A stretch of 20,000 bases of DNA from an uncultured Methanosarcinales archaeon (GCA_964630685.1 CAZVVW010000005.1:51796-71795); one strand, 5' to 3'; shown: positions 1-8,895, numbered from the stretch's first letter. Program-made: numbers and translations. Notes: generated by a model from the sequence alone, not told the origin.

Positions 1-1
1 A

Positions 2-871
2 ATGGAAGAAGCTTCTGAGCTTTTGAAAAGGGTTGAGAAGGGGGGAGTGCTTCCACTTATCACTACTTGCTGTCCTGGGTGGATCTTGATGATGGAACAT
101 TTTCATCATGAATTAGTTCCAAATATGTCTACGTGTAAGAGCCCCCATGAAATGTTGGGTTCGTTGATTAAAAATTATTATGCTAAAAATAATGGATTGA
201 ATCCAAAAGAGGTTGTTGTTGTAAGTATTATGCCTTGTACTGCTAAGAAATTTGAAAGTACGCGTAAGGAATTGAAAAGTGCTGTTGATTATGTGTTGAC
301 AACAAGAGAGCTTGGAAGATTAATCAAAAAGAAAGAAATTGATTTTAAAAATCTTGATGATGGAAATTTTGATCCTGCATTAGGTATTTCTACGGGTGCT
401 GCAGCAGTCTTTGGAGCTAGTGGAGGAGTTATGGAAGCTGCTCTGCGAACTGCGTATGAATTTGGAACTGGGAAAATTTTAACAAAAGTTGAGTTTAAAC
501 AAATTAGGGGAATGAGAGGGGTAAAAGAAGGTAAAGTTGACCTTAATGGTACTGAAGTGAAATTTGCTGTTGCTCATGGAGGAACAAATATCCATAAATT
601 ATTAGAGAAAAAAGATGATTATCATTTTATTGAAATGATGGCTTGCCCTGGTGGATGTATAGGTGGTGGTGGCCAACCAATTTATAGAGATCCAGATGTT
701 TTAAGAAAAAGAATGGAAGCAATATATCAAGTGGATAAAAGTCTGCCTTTGCGAAAATCTCATGAAAATCCAATTGTTAAAAAACTCTATAAAGAATATC
801 TGGGAAAACCATTGGGTAAAAAATCTGAGAAACTATTGCATACCACATATACTAAGAGAAGTCAGTTTTAG
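2..871 (+). CDS. hydA: Group A [FeFe]-hydrogenase catalytic subunit, C-terminal part (H-cluster domain plus fused small-subunit domain); 5'-truncated by window
   Basis: All three H-cluster motifs present: TTCCPGW (L1), MPCTAKKFE (L2), EMMACPGGCIGGGGQP (L3); also FGASGGVMEAALRT and C-terminal RKSHENP...LLHTTY. Confidence 0.95.
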   Translation: MEEASELLKRVEKGGVLPLITTCCPGWILMMEHFHHELVPNMSTCKSPHEMLGSLIKNYYAKNNGLNPKEVVVVSIMPCTAKKFESTRKELKSAVDYVLTTRELGRLIKKKEIDFKNLDDGNFDPALGISTGAAAVFGASGGVMEAALRTAYEFGTGKILTKVEFKQIRGMRGVKEGKVDLNGTEVKFAVAHGGTNIHKLLEKKDDYHFIEMMACPGGCIGGGGQPIYRDPDVLRKRMEAIYQVDKSLPLRKSHENPIVKKLYKEYLGKPLGKKSEKLLHTTYTKRSQF

Positions 872-1806
872 ATAGCTTTTTTTATCTTTGCAACGAAAAA
901 TCCTTCTGTGTCATTATCTTGTGGCCAGATTCTTAGGCATTTTTTTACTTCTTTGTTGTATTTTTTTCCTTCAAATTTTAAAATGGGGGGGCTTCTTTTT
1001 ATTGGAAGTTTAATTTCTTGTAATTTTGCGTTTTTGTATTTATCTATGAGAAAGGATACAACTTCTTCGTCTTCTTCTGGTTCTAAGCTACAAGTAGAAT
1101 AAACAATAGTGCCCCCTGGTTTAAGATTATTAAAAGCAGTTTCTAAAAGTTGTTTTTGTGTTCCAGATAATCTTCTTATCATATTTGGGTTCCACATCCT
1201 TAATGTTTTAAGACTTTTTCTTATTGTGCCTGTACCCGAACAAGGTGCATCTACTAATATCCTGTCAAACTGAAACCCTTTAAATCTCCTCCCCTCCATT
1301 AATGTTGTTAGTGTGTTTGTGAGTCCTGTTCTTTGTAAATTTATACCTAAAGGTCTAAGACGCATTCCTTTGTAATCATTAGTTATGAGTATCCCTTTAT
1401 TTTCCATTGTGATTGCTATCTGAGTTGATTTAGAGCCTGGAGAAGCACACATATCAAGAATGGTTTCACCTGGTTGAGGGTTAAGGGCCAAGGGAGGGAG
1501 CATTGATGCTGCTTCCTGCACATGAAAATATCCTAGCTGATGTTCTTTTAGATTTCCTATATCTCTTCTTTCTTTTTTCTTGTGCTCTATCCAAAATCCT
1601 TCTTTACACCAAGGAATTTGTGTTAATTCCCATTTTGGGAGTCTTTTTTTTAATTCTGTGGGTGAAATTTTTAATGTGTTTACCCTTAAGCTTCTTCTAA
1701 GAAAAGTCATAGAAATGTCCATGAATTTTTTGTAGTTTTTTCCTACTAATAGTTTATATCTCTCTTCAAATTTTTCTTTTATCTGAATATCTTTTTGATT
1801 TATCAT
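868..1806 (-). CDS. NOL1/NOP2/Sun (RsmB/RsmF-like) RNA m5C methyltransferase
   Basis: QEAASM, LDMCASPGSKS, ILVDAPCSGTG, VYSTCS motifs with both catalytic cysteines. Confidence 0.95.
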   Translation of the reverse strand: MINQKDIQIKEKFEERYKLLVGKNYKKFMDISMTFLRRSLRVNTLKISPTELKKRLPKWELTQIPWCKEGFWIEHKKKERRDIGNLKEHQLGYFHVQEAASMLPPLALNPQPGETILDMCASPGSKSTQIAITMENKGILITNDYKGMRLRPLGINLQRTGLTNTLTTLMEGRRFKGFQFDRILVDAPCSGTGTIRKSLKTLRMWNPNMIRRLSGTQKQLLETAFNNLKPGGTIVYSTCSLEPEEDEEVVSFLIDKYKNAKLQEIKLPIKRSPPILKFEGKKYNKEVKKCLRIWPQDNDTEGFFVAKIKKAI

Positions 1807-1889
1807 AATTTAAGAATATTGAGGTGGTATAAAAAAGTTTTCAAAACATTTATTAATCCATTGGGTTTAATTAAAATTGGGTGATATTT

Positions 1890-2648
1890 ATGTTTGGATT
1901 AGGTTGGATTGGAACAATAATTGGATTCTTAGTGCTGTATATTTTTGCAGGCATTAAAATTGTTAATGAATATGAGAGGGGAGTAAGATTTACTCTTGGA
2001 AAATATAAAGGAATAATTGATCCTGGATTAAGAGTTGTTTTTCCAGTTATACAAAGTTGGAGAAGGGTTGATATGAGAGTAAAAACCATAGATGTACCTG
2101 ATCAAGATTGTATGACTAAAGATAATGTGAGTGTTAATGTTAATGCTGTTTTGTATTACAAAGTTAGTGGTGCAGAAAAAGCTATTTTGGAAGTAGAACA
2201 TTATGATTATGCTGTTTCTCAGCTTTCACAGACTACTATGAGGGATGTTGTTGGTGAAGTAACTTTGGATAAATTATTGGCAGAAAGAGATGCTCTCAGT
2301 AAAAGAATAAAACAAATAGTTGACAAAGCAACAGATCCATGGGGAATTAAGATTGAAAGTGTTGAGCTAAAGCATATTGAACTACCTCAAGATATGAAAA
2401 GAACTATGGCCAAAGAAGCAGAAGCAGAAAGAGAAAAAAGGGCAGTTATAATTAAAGCTCAAGGGGAAGTTATGGCTGCAACAAATATGGCAAAGGCAGC
2501 GAAAACGTTGTCTGGCTCTAAAGGTGCATTACATTTAAGAACTTTACAAACCTTGAATGACTTGAGTTCTGATGCAAGTAATACAATAATCTTTGCTACC
2601 CCAATTGAAGTGCTTGATGCTTTTAAGGGGATTGCTAAAAGAAAGTGA
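1890..2648 (+). CDS. SPFH/band 7 (stomatin/slipin) family membrane protein
   Basis: N-terminal TM helix, EYERGV.FTLG, TKDNVSVNVNAV, DPWGIKIESVE, AEAEREKRA. ATG 1890 chosen because GGTGAT at 1880-1885 fits an SD; GTG 1881 is the alternative start. Confidence 0.93.
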   Translation: MFGLGWIGTIIGFLVLYIFAGIKIVNEYERGVRFTLGKYKGIIDPGLRVVFPVIQSWRRVDMRVKTIDVPDQDCMTKDNVSVNVNAVLYYKVSGAEKAILEVEHYDYAVSQLSQTTMRDVVGEVTLDKLLAERDALSKRIKQIVDKATDPWGIKIESVELKHIELPQDMKRTMAKEAEAEREKRAVIIKAQGEVMAATNMAKAAKTLSGSKGALHLRTLQTLNDLSSDASNTIIFATPIEVLDAFKGIAKRK

Positions 2649-2708
2649 TTCTTTTTTGTTTTATTTTTTCTTTTTTTTTGATTTATTTATGATTTCTTTT
2701 CTTTTTGT
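2649..2708 (+). terminator. Oligo-T tract, probable archaeal intrinsic terminator
   Basis: Several long T runs immediately after the SPFH stop codon. Confidence 0.5.
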
Positions 2709-2760
2709 CAAAAAAAATTGAGATACTAATTTAAATACAAGGGTAATTTCCCTTATTATT

Positions 2761-3477
2761 ATGGAAATAGTTCAAGAAATTCAAAAGAAAATACTCGTAA
2801 AATTAATGCATAATCCTGGAATGCACTATAATGAATTATGGGGTAAAGAAGGAGAGAGTAATAAATTTAATTATCACCTACAGCGATTGATTGATGATGG
2901 ATTAGTTACTAAAAAAGATGATGAGTATAAATTAACCACAAAAGGGAAAAAGATAGTTACCCATTTAGATGGTGAGACAGGAAATAAAAACCATAAACCT
3001 GTTGTGTGTTCTTTTATTGTTGGGTATAATTCTAAAACAAAAAAGATTTTAATAAATATCAGAAAAAAAGAACCTTTTTATGGGTATGCTGGGATTCCTG
3101 GTGGCAAAATAGATTTTGGAAATTCTCCAATTAAAACAGCTGAAGAAGAGTTTTTAGAGGAAACTGGATTAAAAGGAAAAATGAAATTAAAAGTTGTATC
3201 TAATTATAACACCTATAATGACGGGGAACTTATGCACCATTTAATCGCATTTACTTATATTTGTGAAAATCCAACAGGAGAATTAATTAAAGAAGATAGA
3301 GAGGGGAGAAATGAGTGGATAGATGTAAAAGATATTGATAAACATCCTCGTTACCCTGATTTAGATCTTATGATTAATAATTCTCTGGCAAAAGGGGATA
3401 AAATTCATTTTTTGAATATTCACAGATGGCAGGAAGAAGAGAAATTTGTGGATATGAAAATTTTTGATGATTTCTAG
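2761..3477 (+). CDS. N-terminal winged-helix + C-terminal NUDIX domain protein, possible ligand-sensing regulator
   Basis: SNKFNYHLQRLIDDGLVTKKDDEYKLT is ArsR-like wHTH; Nudix box GGKIDFGNSPIKTAEEEFLEETGL is degenerate. Confidence 0.8.
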   Translation: MEIVQEIQKKILVKLMHNPGMHYNELWGKEGESNKFNYHLQRLIDDGLVTKKDDEYKLTTKGKKIVTHLDGETGNKNHKPVVCSFIVGYNSKTKKILINIRKKEPFYGYAGIPGGKIDFGNSPIKTAEEEFLEETGLKGKMKLKVVSNYNTYNDGELMHHLIAFTYICENPTGELIKEDREGRNEWIDVKDIDKHPRYPDLDLMINNSLAKGDKIHFLNIHRWQEEEKFVDMKIFDDF

Positions 3478-3570
3478 ACTATTATTAGAAACTTTTATAA
3501 ACAGCCCTTTAGTTTTCTATAGAATAAGCTTGTGCTGAGGGTACATAAGATATCCTCGGGAGGTCGGAAC

Positions 3571-4185
3571 ATGACAGATTATAAATTAGTTTTAGCTGAC
3601 CCTAAGACTGGCAAATGTTATCAGCGTGAAATAAAAGATGCTGAATCAGAAGTCTTCTTGGGTAAAAAATTAGGAGAAAAAATTAAAGGTGACTCTTTTG
3701 GATTGAGTGGCTATGAGTTTGAAATTACTGGTGGTAGTGATAGCTGTGGATTTCCAATGCGAAAAGATGTTAATGGTGTTGAAAGAAAAAAAGTTTTAGT
3801 TATCTCTGGTGTTGGTGTAAAAATAAAGAGAAAAGGGCAAAGGCAAAGAAAGACTGTAAGGGGAAGAACAATTGGTAGAAATACCAGTCAAATTAATCTT
3901 AAGATAATTAAGTATGGTAAATCTAAATTAGGTGCTGTTCCAGAAGGAATAGGGGAAGGCGAATCTAAAGAAGAAGAATCTAAAAAAGATTCTCCAACAC
4001 TTTCAGAAAAAGAAAGCGAAAAAGAATCTAAGGCTAAAGAAGAAAAACCTAAAGAAGAAGTAGAGAAATCAGAAAAAGAAGCGCCAGAAGAGAAAGCTAA
4101 AGAAGAAGTAGAGAAATCAGAAAAAGAAGCGCCAGAAGAGAAAGCTAAAGAAGAAAAACCTAAAGAAGGTAAAGGTGACAAATAG
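3571..4185 (+). CDS. rps6e: 30S ribosomal protein S6e with long KE-rich C-terminal extension
   Basis: GYEFEITGGSDSCGFPMRKDV and RKTVRG motifs; GGAGGT SD before ATG 3571; precedes eIF2gamma as in many archaea. Confidence 0.95.
   Translation: MTDYKLVLADPKTGKCYQREIKDAESEVFLGKKLGEKIKGDSFGLSGYEFEITGGSDSCGFPMRKDVNGVERKKVLVISGVGVKIKRKGQRQRKTVRGRTIGRNTSQINLKIIKYGKSKLGAVPEGIGEGESKEEESKKDSPTLSEKESEKESKAKEEKPKEEVEKSEKEAPEEKAKEEVEKSEKEAPEEKAKEEKPKEGKGDK
4049..4155 (+). repeat. 48-bp in-frame tandem duplication (KEEVEKSEKEAPEEKA x2) in the S6e tail
   Basis: 4051-4098 identical to 4099-4146. Confidence 0.9.
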
Positions 4186-5426
4186 TGAAAAAGGACACTT
4201 ACAAACAACCAGAAGTAAACATTGGGTTAGTTGGCCATGTAGATCATGGTAAGACTACTCTAACCGAGAGACTTAGCGGTAAATGGACAGATACTCATTC
4301 TGAAGAACTGAAAAAAGGAATTACTATAAGGTTGGGGTATGCTAATACTATTTTCAGAAAATGTAGTAAATGTAAAGGTGCTAAAGCTTATACTGTAAAA
4401 GAAACTTGTGAACACTGTAAGTCAAAGACTAAAGAATTGAGAGGTGTTTCTTTTGTTGATGCTCCTGGGCACGAGAGTTTAATGGCTACTATGTTGAGTG
4501 GAGCAAATGTTATGGATGGTGCTCTGTTGCTGATTTCTGCGAATGAAAAATGCCCACAACCTCAAACAAGAGAACATTTGATGGCTTTAGAGATTATTGG
4601 AATTAAAAATGTGATAATTGTTCAAAATAAAATTGATTTAGTGTCTAAAGAAGATGTATTGAAAAATTATGAAGAGATTAAAGAGCTTATTAAAGGCACT
4701 CAATACAAAGATGCTCCCATTATTCCTGTTTCTGCCCAATTTGCAATTAATATAGGCCATTTAATAGGAATGATAGAGAAAACTATACCTACTCCTAAAC
4801 GAGATAAAAAGAAATCTCCGATTATGTTTGTTGTTAGGTCTTTTGATATTAATAAGCCTGGTTCTGGTCCAGGAAAACTTGTCGGTGGAATACTTGGTGG
4901 CGCCTTGAAAGAAGGTATGTTAAAAGAAGGAGATGATATAACTATCCTCCCTGGAAGAAGCAAAGAAGAACACAATCAAAAGGTTTGGATGCCAATAAAA
5001 ACCAAAGTAACTGGATTGATGAGTGGTACCCAAAAAATTAAAGAAGCTGGACCTGGGGGCTCTATAGCTGTAGCAACTTCATTAGATCCTTCTATTGTTA
5101 AATCAGATAATCTTAGCGGAAATGTAGTGGGATTGTTTGGAAAATTGCCTAAAGTGTGGAGCGAACTTCATCTTGAATCAAAATTATTAGAAAGGGTAGT
5201 GGGAACAAAAGAAGAATTAGATGTTGAACCAATAAAGATAAATGAAGTGATAATGTTTAATGTAAATTCATCTGTAACTGCAGGGGTTGTTAGTGAATTG
5301 AGCAAAGAAGGGTTTAAATCTAAATTAAAATTACCTGTATGTGCTGATGTAGGTGATAGAGTAACTATTTCTAGAATGGTTGGTTCTAGATTTAGGTTAA
5401 TTGGTTATGGGATTATTAAGGGGTGA
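4185..5426 (+). CDS. eif2g: Translation initiation factor aIF2 subunit gamma
   Basis: GHVDHGKT, GITIRLGYA, zinc knuckle CxxC..CxxC, DAPGHE, NKID, RSFDINKPG; GTG start overlaps rps6e stop. Confidence 0.97.
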   Translation: MKKDTYKQPEVNIGLVGHVDHGKTTLTERLSGKWTDTHSEELKKGITIRLGYANTIFRKCSKCKGAKAYTVKETCEHCKSKTKELRGVSFVDAPGHESLMATMLSGANVMDGALLLISANEKCPQPQTREHLMALEIIGIKNVIIVQNKIDLVSKEDVLKNYEEIKELIKGTQYKDAPIIPVSAQFAINIGHLIGMIEKTIPTPKRDKKKSPIMFVVRSFDINKPGSGPGKLVGGILGGALKEGMLKEGDDITILPGRSKEEHNQKVWMPIKTKVTGLMSGTQKIKEAGPGGSIAVATSLDPSIVKSDNLSGNVVGLFGKLPKVWSELHLESKLLERVVGTKEELDVEPIKINEVIMFNVNSSVTAGVVSELSKEGFKSKLKLPVCADVGDRVTISRMVGSRFRLIGYGIIKG

Positions 5427-5431
5427 ATCAA

Positions 5432-5608
5432 ATGGTTGATAAAAGAATAAAAAAAGCTGCACTAAAAAAGACAAAAACTCTTGAGAAAAAAAAGATTATG
5501 AGTAAAGAAGAATTAAAAAAAGATGATGCTGCTTTTATAAAAATGGCTAAAAGTTTGCCTAGATTGTTAAAAGGTAAATTTGCTAAAAGAATCAAAAAAA
5601 AGAAATGA
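5432..5608 (+). CDS. Small very basic (Lys-rich) hypothetical protein
   Basis: ORF directly after eIF2gamma with GGGGTGA SD 5 nt before ATG 5432 (alternative GTG 5423); no recognised motif. Confidence 0.55.
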   Translation: MVDKRIKKAALKKTKTLEKKKIMSKEELKKDDAAFIKMAKSLPRLLKGKFAKRIKKKK

Positions 5609-5615
5609 TATGGTA

Positions 5616-6326
5616 TTAAGGAGTTAATACTTTTGAAATTCTCTTAATTACATATCCCTTATCTCTCGGATTATTAACAAAATCTAATTTATCTCTATCT
5701 ATGATTATTGTTTTCTTTGGATTCCAATCATATTTTCTTAATGAGATTACATAATCTCTGTAGAATCCATCTAAATGTTTGATGTAATCTAAACTTATTG
5801 CTTGAGTTCCATCTGCATCGTCTTGTAATTCCATATCTCTCTGTCTTTCACTATGGATATTGTCATAAGAATGTTGAGGAGATATTTGGAGTAATATCAA
5901 AAGATCTATGGGCCTTATGTTGTCTGTTTTTTCCTTAAATAAGTCAAGATATTGAATGTGTTCTTTATCAGATAAATATCCAAAATGGTTGAGTGATTTT
6001 GCAAAAACTAAAGGATCTTCATATATTGAACGGTCAAATATTGCTGAATTGCCTTCTTTCTCAAAAGAATCATAATCTTTAACTCTTCTATTCAAAAGAT
6101 ATTTTTGCAATTCAAAAGAGTATTTTTTCTTGTCTTCATAAAATTTAGAAAGTATGGGGTTTTCAGCTATCTCTTCGTAAAATGCGTTAATTGATGCTGT
6201 GTTTTCTATTAGTTTTGCTAATGATGTTTTTCCAGAACCAATGTTTCCTGCAACAGCTAAGAGTAGATTTTCATGAGATAGGCGTGCTCTTAAAATTCCA
6301 TTGTTAGTCGATGGTTTTTTAATCAT
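5616..6326 (-). CDS. Deoxynucleoside kinase (dAK/dGK family)
   Basis: P-loop GNIGSGKT, FYED...FELQ, DRSIYED, lid-like ERQRDME. Confidence 0.9.
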   Translation of the reverse strand: MIKKPSTNNGILRARLSHENLLLAVAGNIGSGKTSLAKLIENTASINAFYEEIAENPILSKFYEDKKKYSFELQKYLLNRRVKDYDSFEKEGNSAIFDRSIYEDPLVFAKSLNHFGYLSDKEHIQYLDLFKEKTDNIRPIDLLILLQISPQHSYDNIHSERQRDMELQDDADGTQAISLDYIKHLDGFYRDYVISLRKYDWNPKKTIIIDRDKLDFVNNPRDKGYVIKRISKVLTP

Positions 6327-6470
6327 TTTTATATTAATTATTCTTGATATATTTAGTTGATTCTTTTATTCACTCCCTTGTTTTTATTGTTTATTGATAC
6401 TATAAAAAAGTTTCTATGATTGATCCCCATACTAAAAATTTATATTGTTTATTAGTTTAACTTAATAAAA

Positions 6471-6611
6471 ATGGAAGTTCCTGATTATGAAGAAGTAGAA
6501 TTTGTATGTGAATGTTGTGGTAAAAAAGTTAAAAGAATTAGGCGAAAAAATAATGATTCTAATGAATTTTTATGTCAACAATGTGGTAAAATAAGTATTG
6601 GATCTGATTAA
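6471..6611 (+). CDS. 46-aa zinc-ribbon microprotein, absent from the ORF track
   Basis: Manual translation MEVPDYEEVEFVCECCGKKVKRIRRKNNDSNEFLCQQCGKISIGSD*; two CxxC(G) knuckles; TATA-like TTTATA about 30 nt upstream. Confidence 0.75.
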   Translation: MEVPDYEEVEFVCECCGKKVKRIRRKNNDSNEFLCQQCGKISIGSD

Positions 6612-6671
6612 TGTTTTTAGAAAAGTTTATATAGTTTTATTCGTGAAAAGTTTACAAAAGAGCGTGAATAA

Positions 6672-7385
6672 ATGAAATTAACTCTAAAGAAAAAACCAAA
6701 AAATCCAATTCTTATAGAGGGTTTTCCTGGTTTTGGTTTGATTGGCACTATTGCCACTGAATATCTTATTGACCATTTAGATTGTGAATTAATCGGAAGG
6801 TATTGGTTTGAAGATCTTCCTGCGACTGTTGCGATTCATGAAGAAAAAATGGTGAATCCTGTGGGTATTTTCTATAACAAAAAAAACAATATTGTGATTA
6901 TTCATTCTATTGCTGGTGCTACAGGTGTTGAATGGAAAGCAGCTGATTTTGTATTTGGTGTTGCTAAAGCGCTCAGGGTTAAAGAAATTATTAGTTTAGA
7001 AGGTGTTGGGGCTACAATTTTAAGTGAAAAAAGCAGTGTATTTTACCATACTAATAAAGAAAAAACAAAGAAAAAGATTGAAAAGATGGGGATTAAACCC
7101 TTGAAAGAAGGAATCATTATGGGGATTACGTCTGCATTGATGGTTATCATTAAAGAAAAAATTCCCATGACTTGCTTTTTTGCTGAAACTCACACTAGTT
7201 TGCCAGATAGCAAAGCCGCAGCTAAAGTTATAGAGGTTTTAGATAAATATTTAGGGTTGAATGTAGACTATAAACCTTTATTAAAACAAGCTGAAAAATT
7301 TGAAGATAAATTAAGAAAATTAATGGAACGGGGAGTTACTGCCAAAAAACAGAAGGATCGTAAATCTTTGAGTTATGTTGGTTAA
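6672..7385 (+). CDS. PAC2 family proteasome assembly chaperone (PbaA/PbaB-like)
   Basis: LIEGFPGFGLIGTIATEYL, ISLEG, PDSKAAAKVIEVL, C-terminal YVG tail. Confidence 0.9.
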   Translation: MKLTLKKKPKNPILIEGFPGFGLIGTIATEYLIDHLDCELIGRYWFEDLPATVAIHEEKMVNPVGIFYNKKNNIVIIHSIAGATGVEWKAADFVFGVAKALRVKEIISLEGVGATILSEKSSVFYHTNKEKTKKKIEKMGIKPLKEGIIMGITSALMVIIKEKIPMTCFFAETHTSLPDSKAAAKVIEVLDKYLGLNVDYKPLLKQAEKFEDKLRKLMERGVTAKKQKDRKSLSYVG

Positions 7386-7490
7386 TTTAATATATTCTTT
7401 AATATATATTTTAGGGTTTATAGTTTTAAATGGTTATTTTTTAAAATATATTCTGTAAAAGATATGATTTAATGTGTTTTTTGTAGTGCT

Positions 7491-7569
7491 TATAACTTTT
7501 AGTCTTTGCTTAAAAGTTTTAATACGTTAAATTGAGCTTAGAGGTTTTAATCTTTTCTTAAATGTTTTA
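7491..7569. repeat. Two copies (7491-7521, 7539-7569) of a 31-bp dyad element; third copy at 8760-8790
   Basis: TATAACTTTTA-GTCTTTGCT-TAAAAGTTTTA and TAGAGGTTTTA-ATCTTTTCT-TAAATGTTTTA. Confidence 0.65.
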
Positions 7570-7877
7570 GTTAGATTAACAAGAAAGATTTTGATTTTTA
7601 AAATCTTAAATCATTATAAAAATTTTTAAATTTTTTATATAATTGCAATATTGAAAATAAATACTACTCTTTTTTGTTGAAAAGTGTAAAGAATTTTTTG
7701 GATATAAAAAAATAAATATTGTTTTTTGAAAAAAGTTGGGTTTTTGATATTTTTTGTTTTTGCTGGTTTTATGATATTTTTAAGTGTGTTGTTTTTTATG
7801 AAAAACCCTTGCGGTTTTTGTGTAAATAAGGCAAAGTAAGTCCATTTAAGCACAAAAATAGGGGTTTTAAGGGAAGA

Positions 7878-7885
7878 TTTATATA
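7878..7885 (+). promoter_or_regulatory. Probable TATA box of xerA
   Basis: TTTATATA preceded by a purine-rich BRE-like GGGAAGA. Confidence 0.55.
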
Positions 7886-7887
7886 TT

Positions 7888-7915
7888 TACGCGTATAAGG
7901 TACATTATACGCGTA
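7888..7915. other. dif: dif-like Xer recombination site (11-6-11)
   Basis: TACGCGTATAA-GGTACA-TTATACGCGTA: perfect 11-bp inverted arms, 6-bp spacer, and the ATAA-N6-TTAT core of known dif sites; 34 bp upstream of xerA ATG. Confidence 0.85.
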
Positions 7916-7949
7916 TTTTTGAGCACAAAAGTCTAAAAAAGAGGTAAAA

Positions 7950-8762
7950 ATGATAGAAAAGCTTGAAACTGAATTGAAATTAAGGGGTTTTAGTAAACAA
8001 ACTTTAAAGGCTTATTTGTATTATAATCGATTATTTCTTAGATATATTCAAAAAACGCCAGAAAGTATTTTAGAAGATGATATAAAAAAATATATAGGTC
8101 ATCTTTTGACTGATGAAAACTATTCTGCTTCTTCGGTTAGTTTAGTAAAAGCTGCGTTGAAATTTTTTTATGATGAAGTGCTGAAAAAAGGGGTTGTTAA
8201 TTTCAAGACTCCTAAAATCGATAAAAAGTTACCAATTGTGCTTTCTAAAGAAGAAGTGAGGAAATTGATAGATTCTGCAGGAACTGAGAAAAGTAAATTG
8301 ATTATCAAAATGTTGTATTCTTCTGGATTGAGGTTAAGTGAATGTATTAACTTGAAAAAAGGGGATTTAGAGTTTAGTGAGAAAATTGCGTGGGTTCGTG
8401 GCGGAAAAGGTAAAAAAGATAGAATTGTTATTTTTTCTGAGAATTTGATCGAAGAATTGAAAAAATACCTTGAAAACAAGGGTTTTGAGTCGGAATATGT
8501 GTTTTCAGGGCCAAATGGATCTATTAGTGCAAGGAATGTACAAGATATAGTAAAAAACGCTAGCAAACGTGCTGGAATCACTAAAAACGTTAGTCCCCAC
8601 ACTTTAAGACATTGTTTTGCAACACATTTACTTGAATCAGGAGTAGATATTAGAAAGATACAGGAATTACTTGGACACTCTAATCTTCAAACAACCCAGA
8701 TATATACGAGAGTTTCTAAAGAAGAATTGAAGAAGGTAAAAAGCCCTTTGGATGATATCTAA
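7950..8762 (+). CDS. xerA: XerA-type tyrosine recombinase
   Basis: N-terminal SAM-like domain; catalytic R (SGLRLSE), K (GGKGKKDR), HxxR (HTLRH), H (LLGHS), Y (TQIYT); GAGGT SD. Confidence 0.93.
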   Translation: MIEKLETELKLRGFSKQTLKAYLYYNRLFLRYIQKTPESILEDDIKKYIGHLLTDENYSASSVSLVKAALKFFYDEVLKKGVVNFKTPKIDKKLPIVLSKEEVRKLIDSAGTEKSKLIIKMLYSSGLRLSECINLKKGDLEFSEKIAWVRGGKGKKDRIVIFSENLIEELKKYLENKGFESEYVFSGPNGSISARNVQDIVKNASKRAGITKNVSPHTLRHCFATHLLESGVDIRKIQELLGHSNLQTTQIYTRVSKEELKKVKSPLDDI

Positions 8763-8790
8763 AACCTTTAAACTTTGCTTAAAAGTTTTA
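8760..8790. repeat. Third copy of the 31-bp dyad element, overlapping the xerA stop codon
   Basis: TAAAACCTTTA-AACTTTGCT-TAAAAGTTTTA; CTTTGCTTAAAAGTTTTAA at 8773-8791 is identical to 7504-7522. Confidence 0.75.
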
Positions 8791-8895
8791 AGCGTGTAAT
8801 TGTTAAGGGTGTTTTTATGTTTATTATATTCTTTAAACTATATATTGTTAAATAATCTTTTTAAAATAATTAATTTATACTATTTGTTGAGATAT

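Noticed and set aside
6471..6611. Nop10 (often upstream of PAC2 in archaea)
   Set aside because: Lacks the YTL and HPxxFSPxD motifs, and the cysteine spacing differs.
7635..7853. 72-aa minus-strand ORF in the AT-rich spacer
   Set aside because: K/F/I/N low-complexity translation of poly-A/T DNA, no motif.
7950..8762. Prophage or genomic-island integrase
   Set aside because: Short XerA-like protein, no adjacent tRNA or viral/plasmid genes, housekeeping flanks, and a dif-like site; a mobile origin is not fully excluded.
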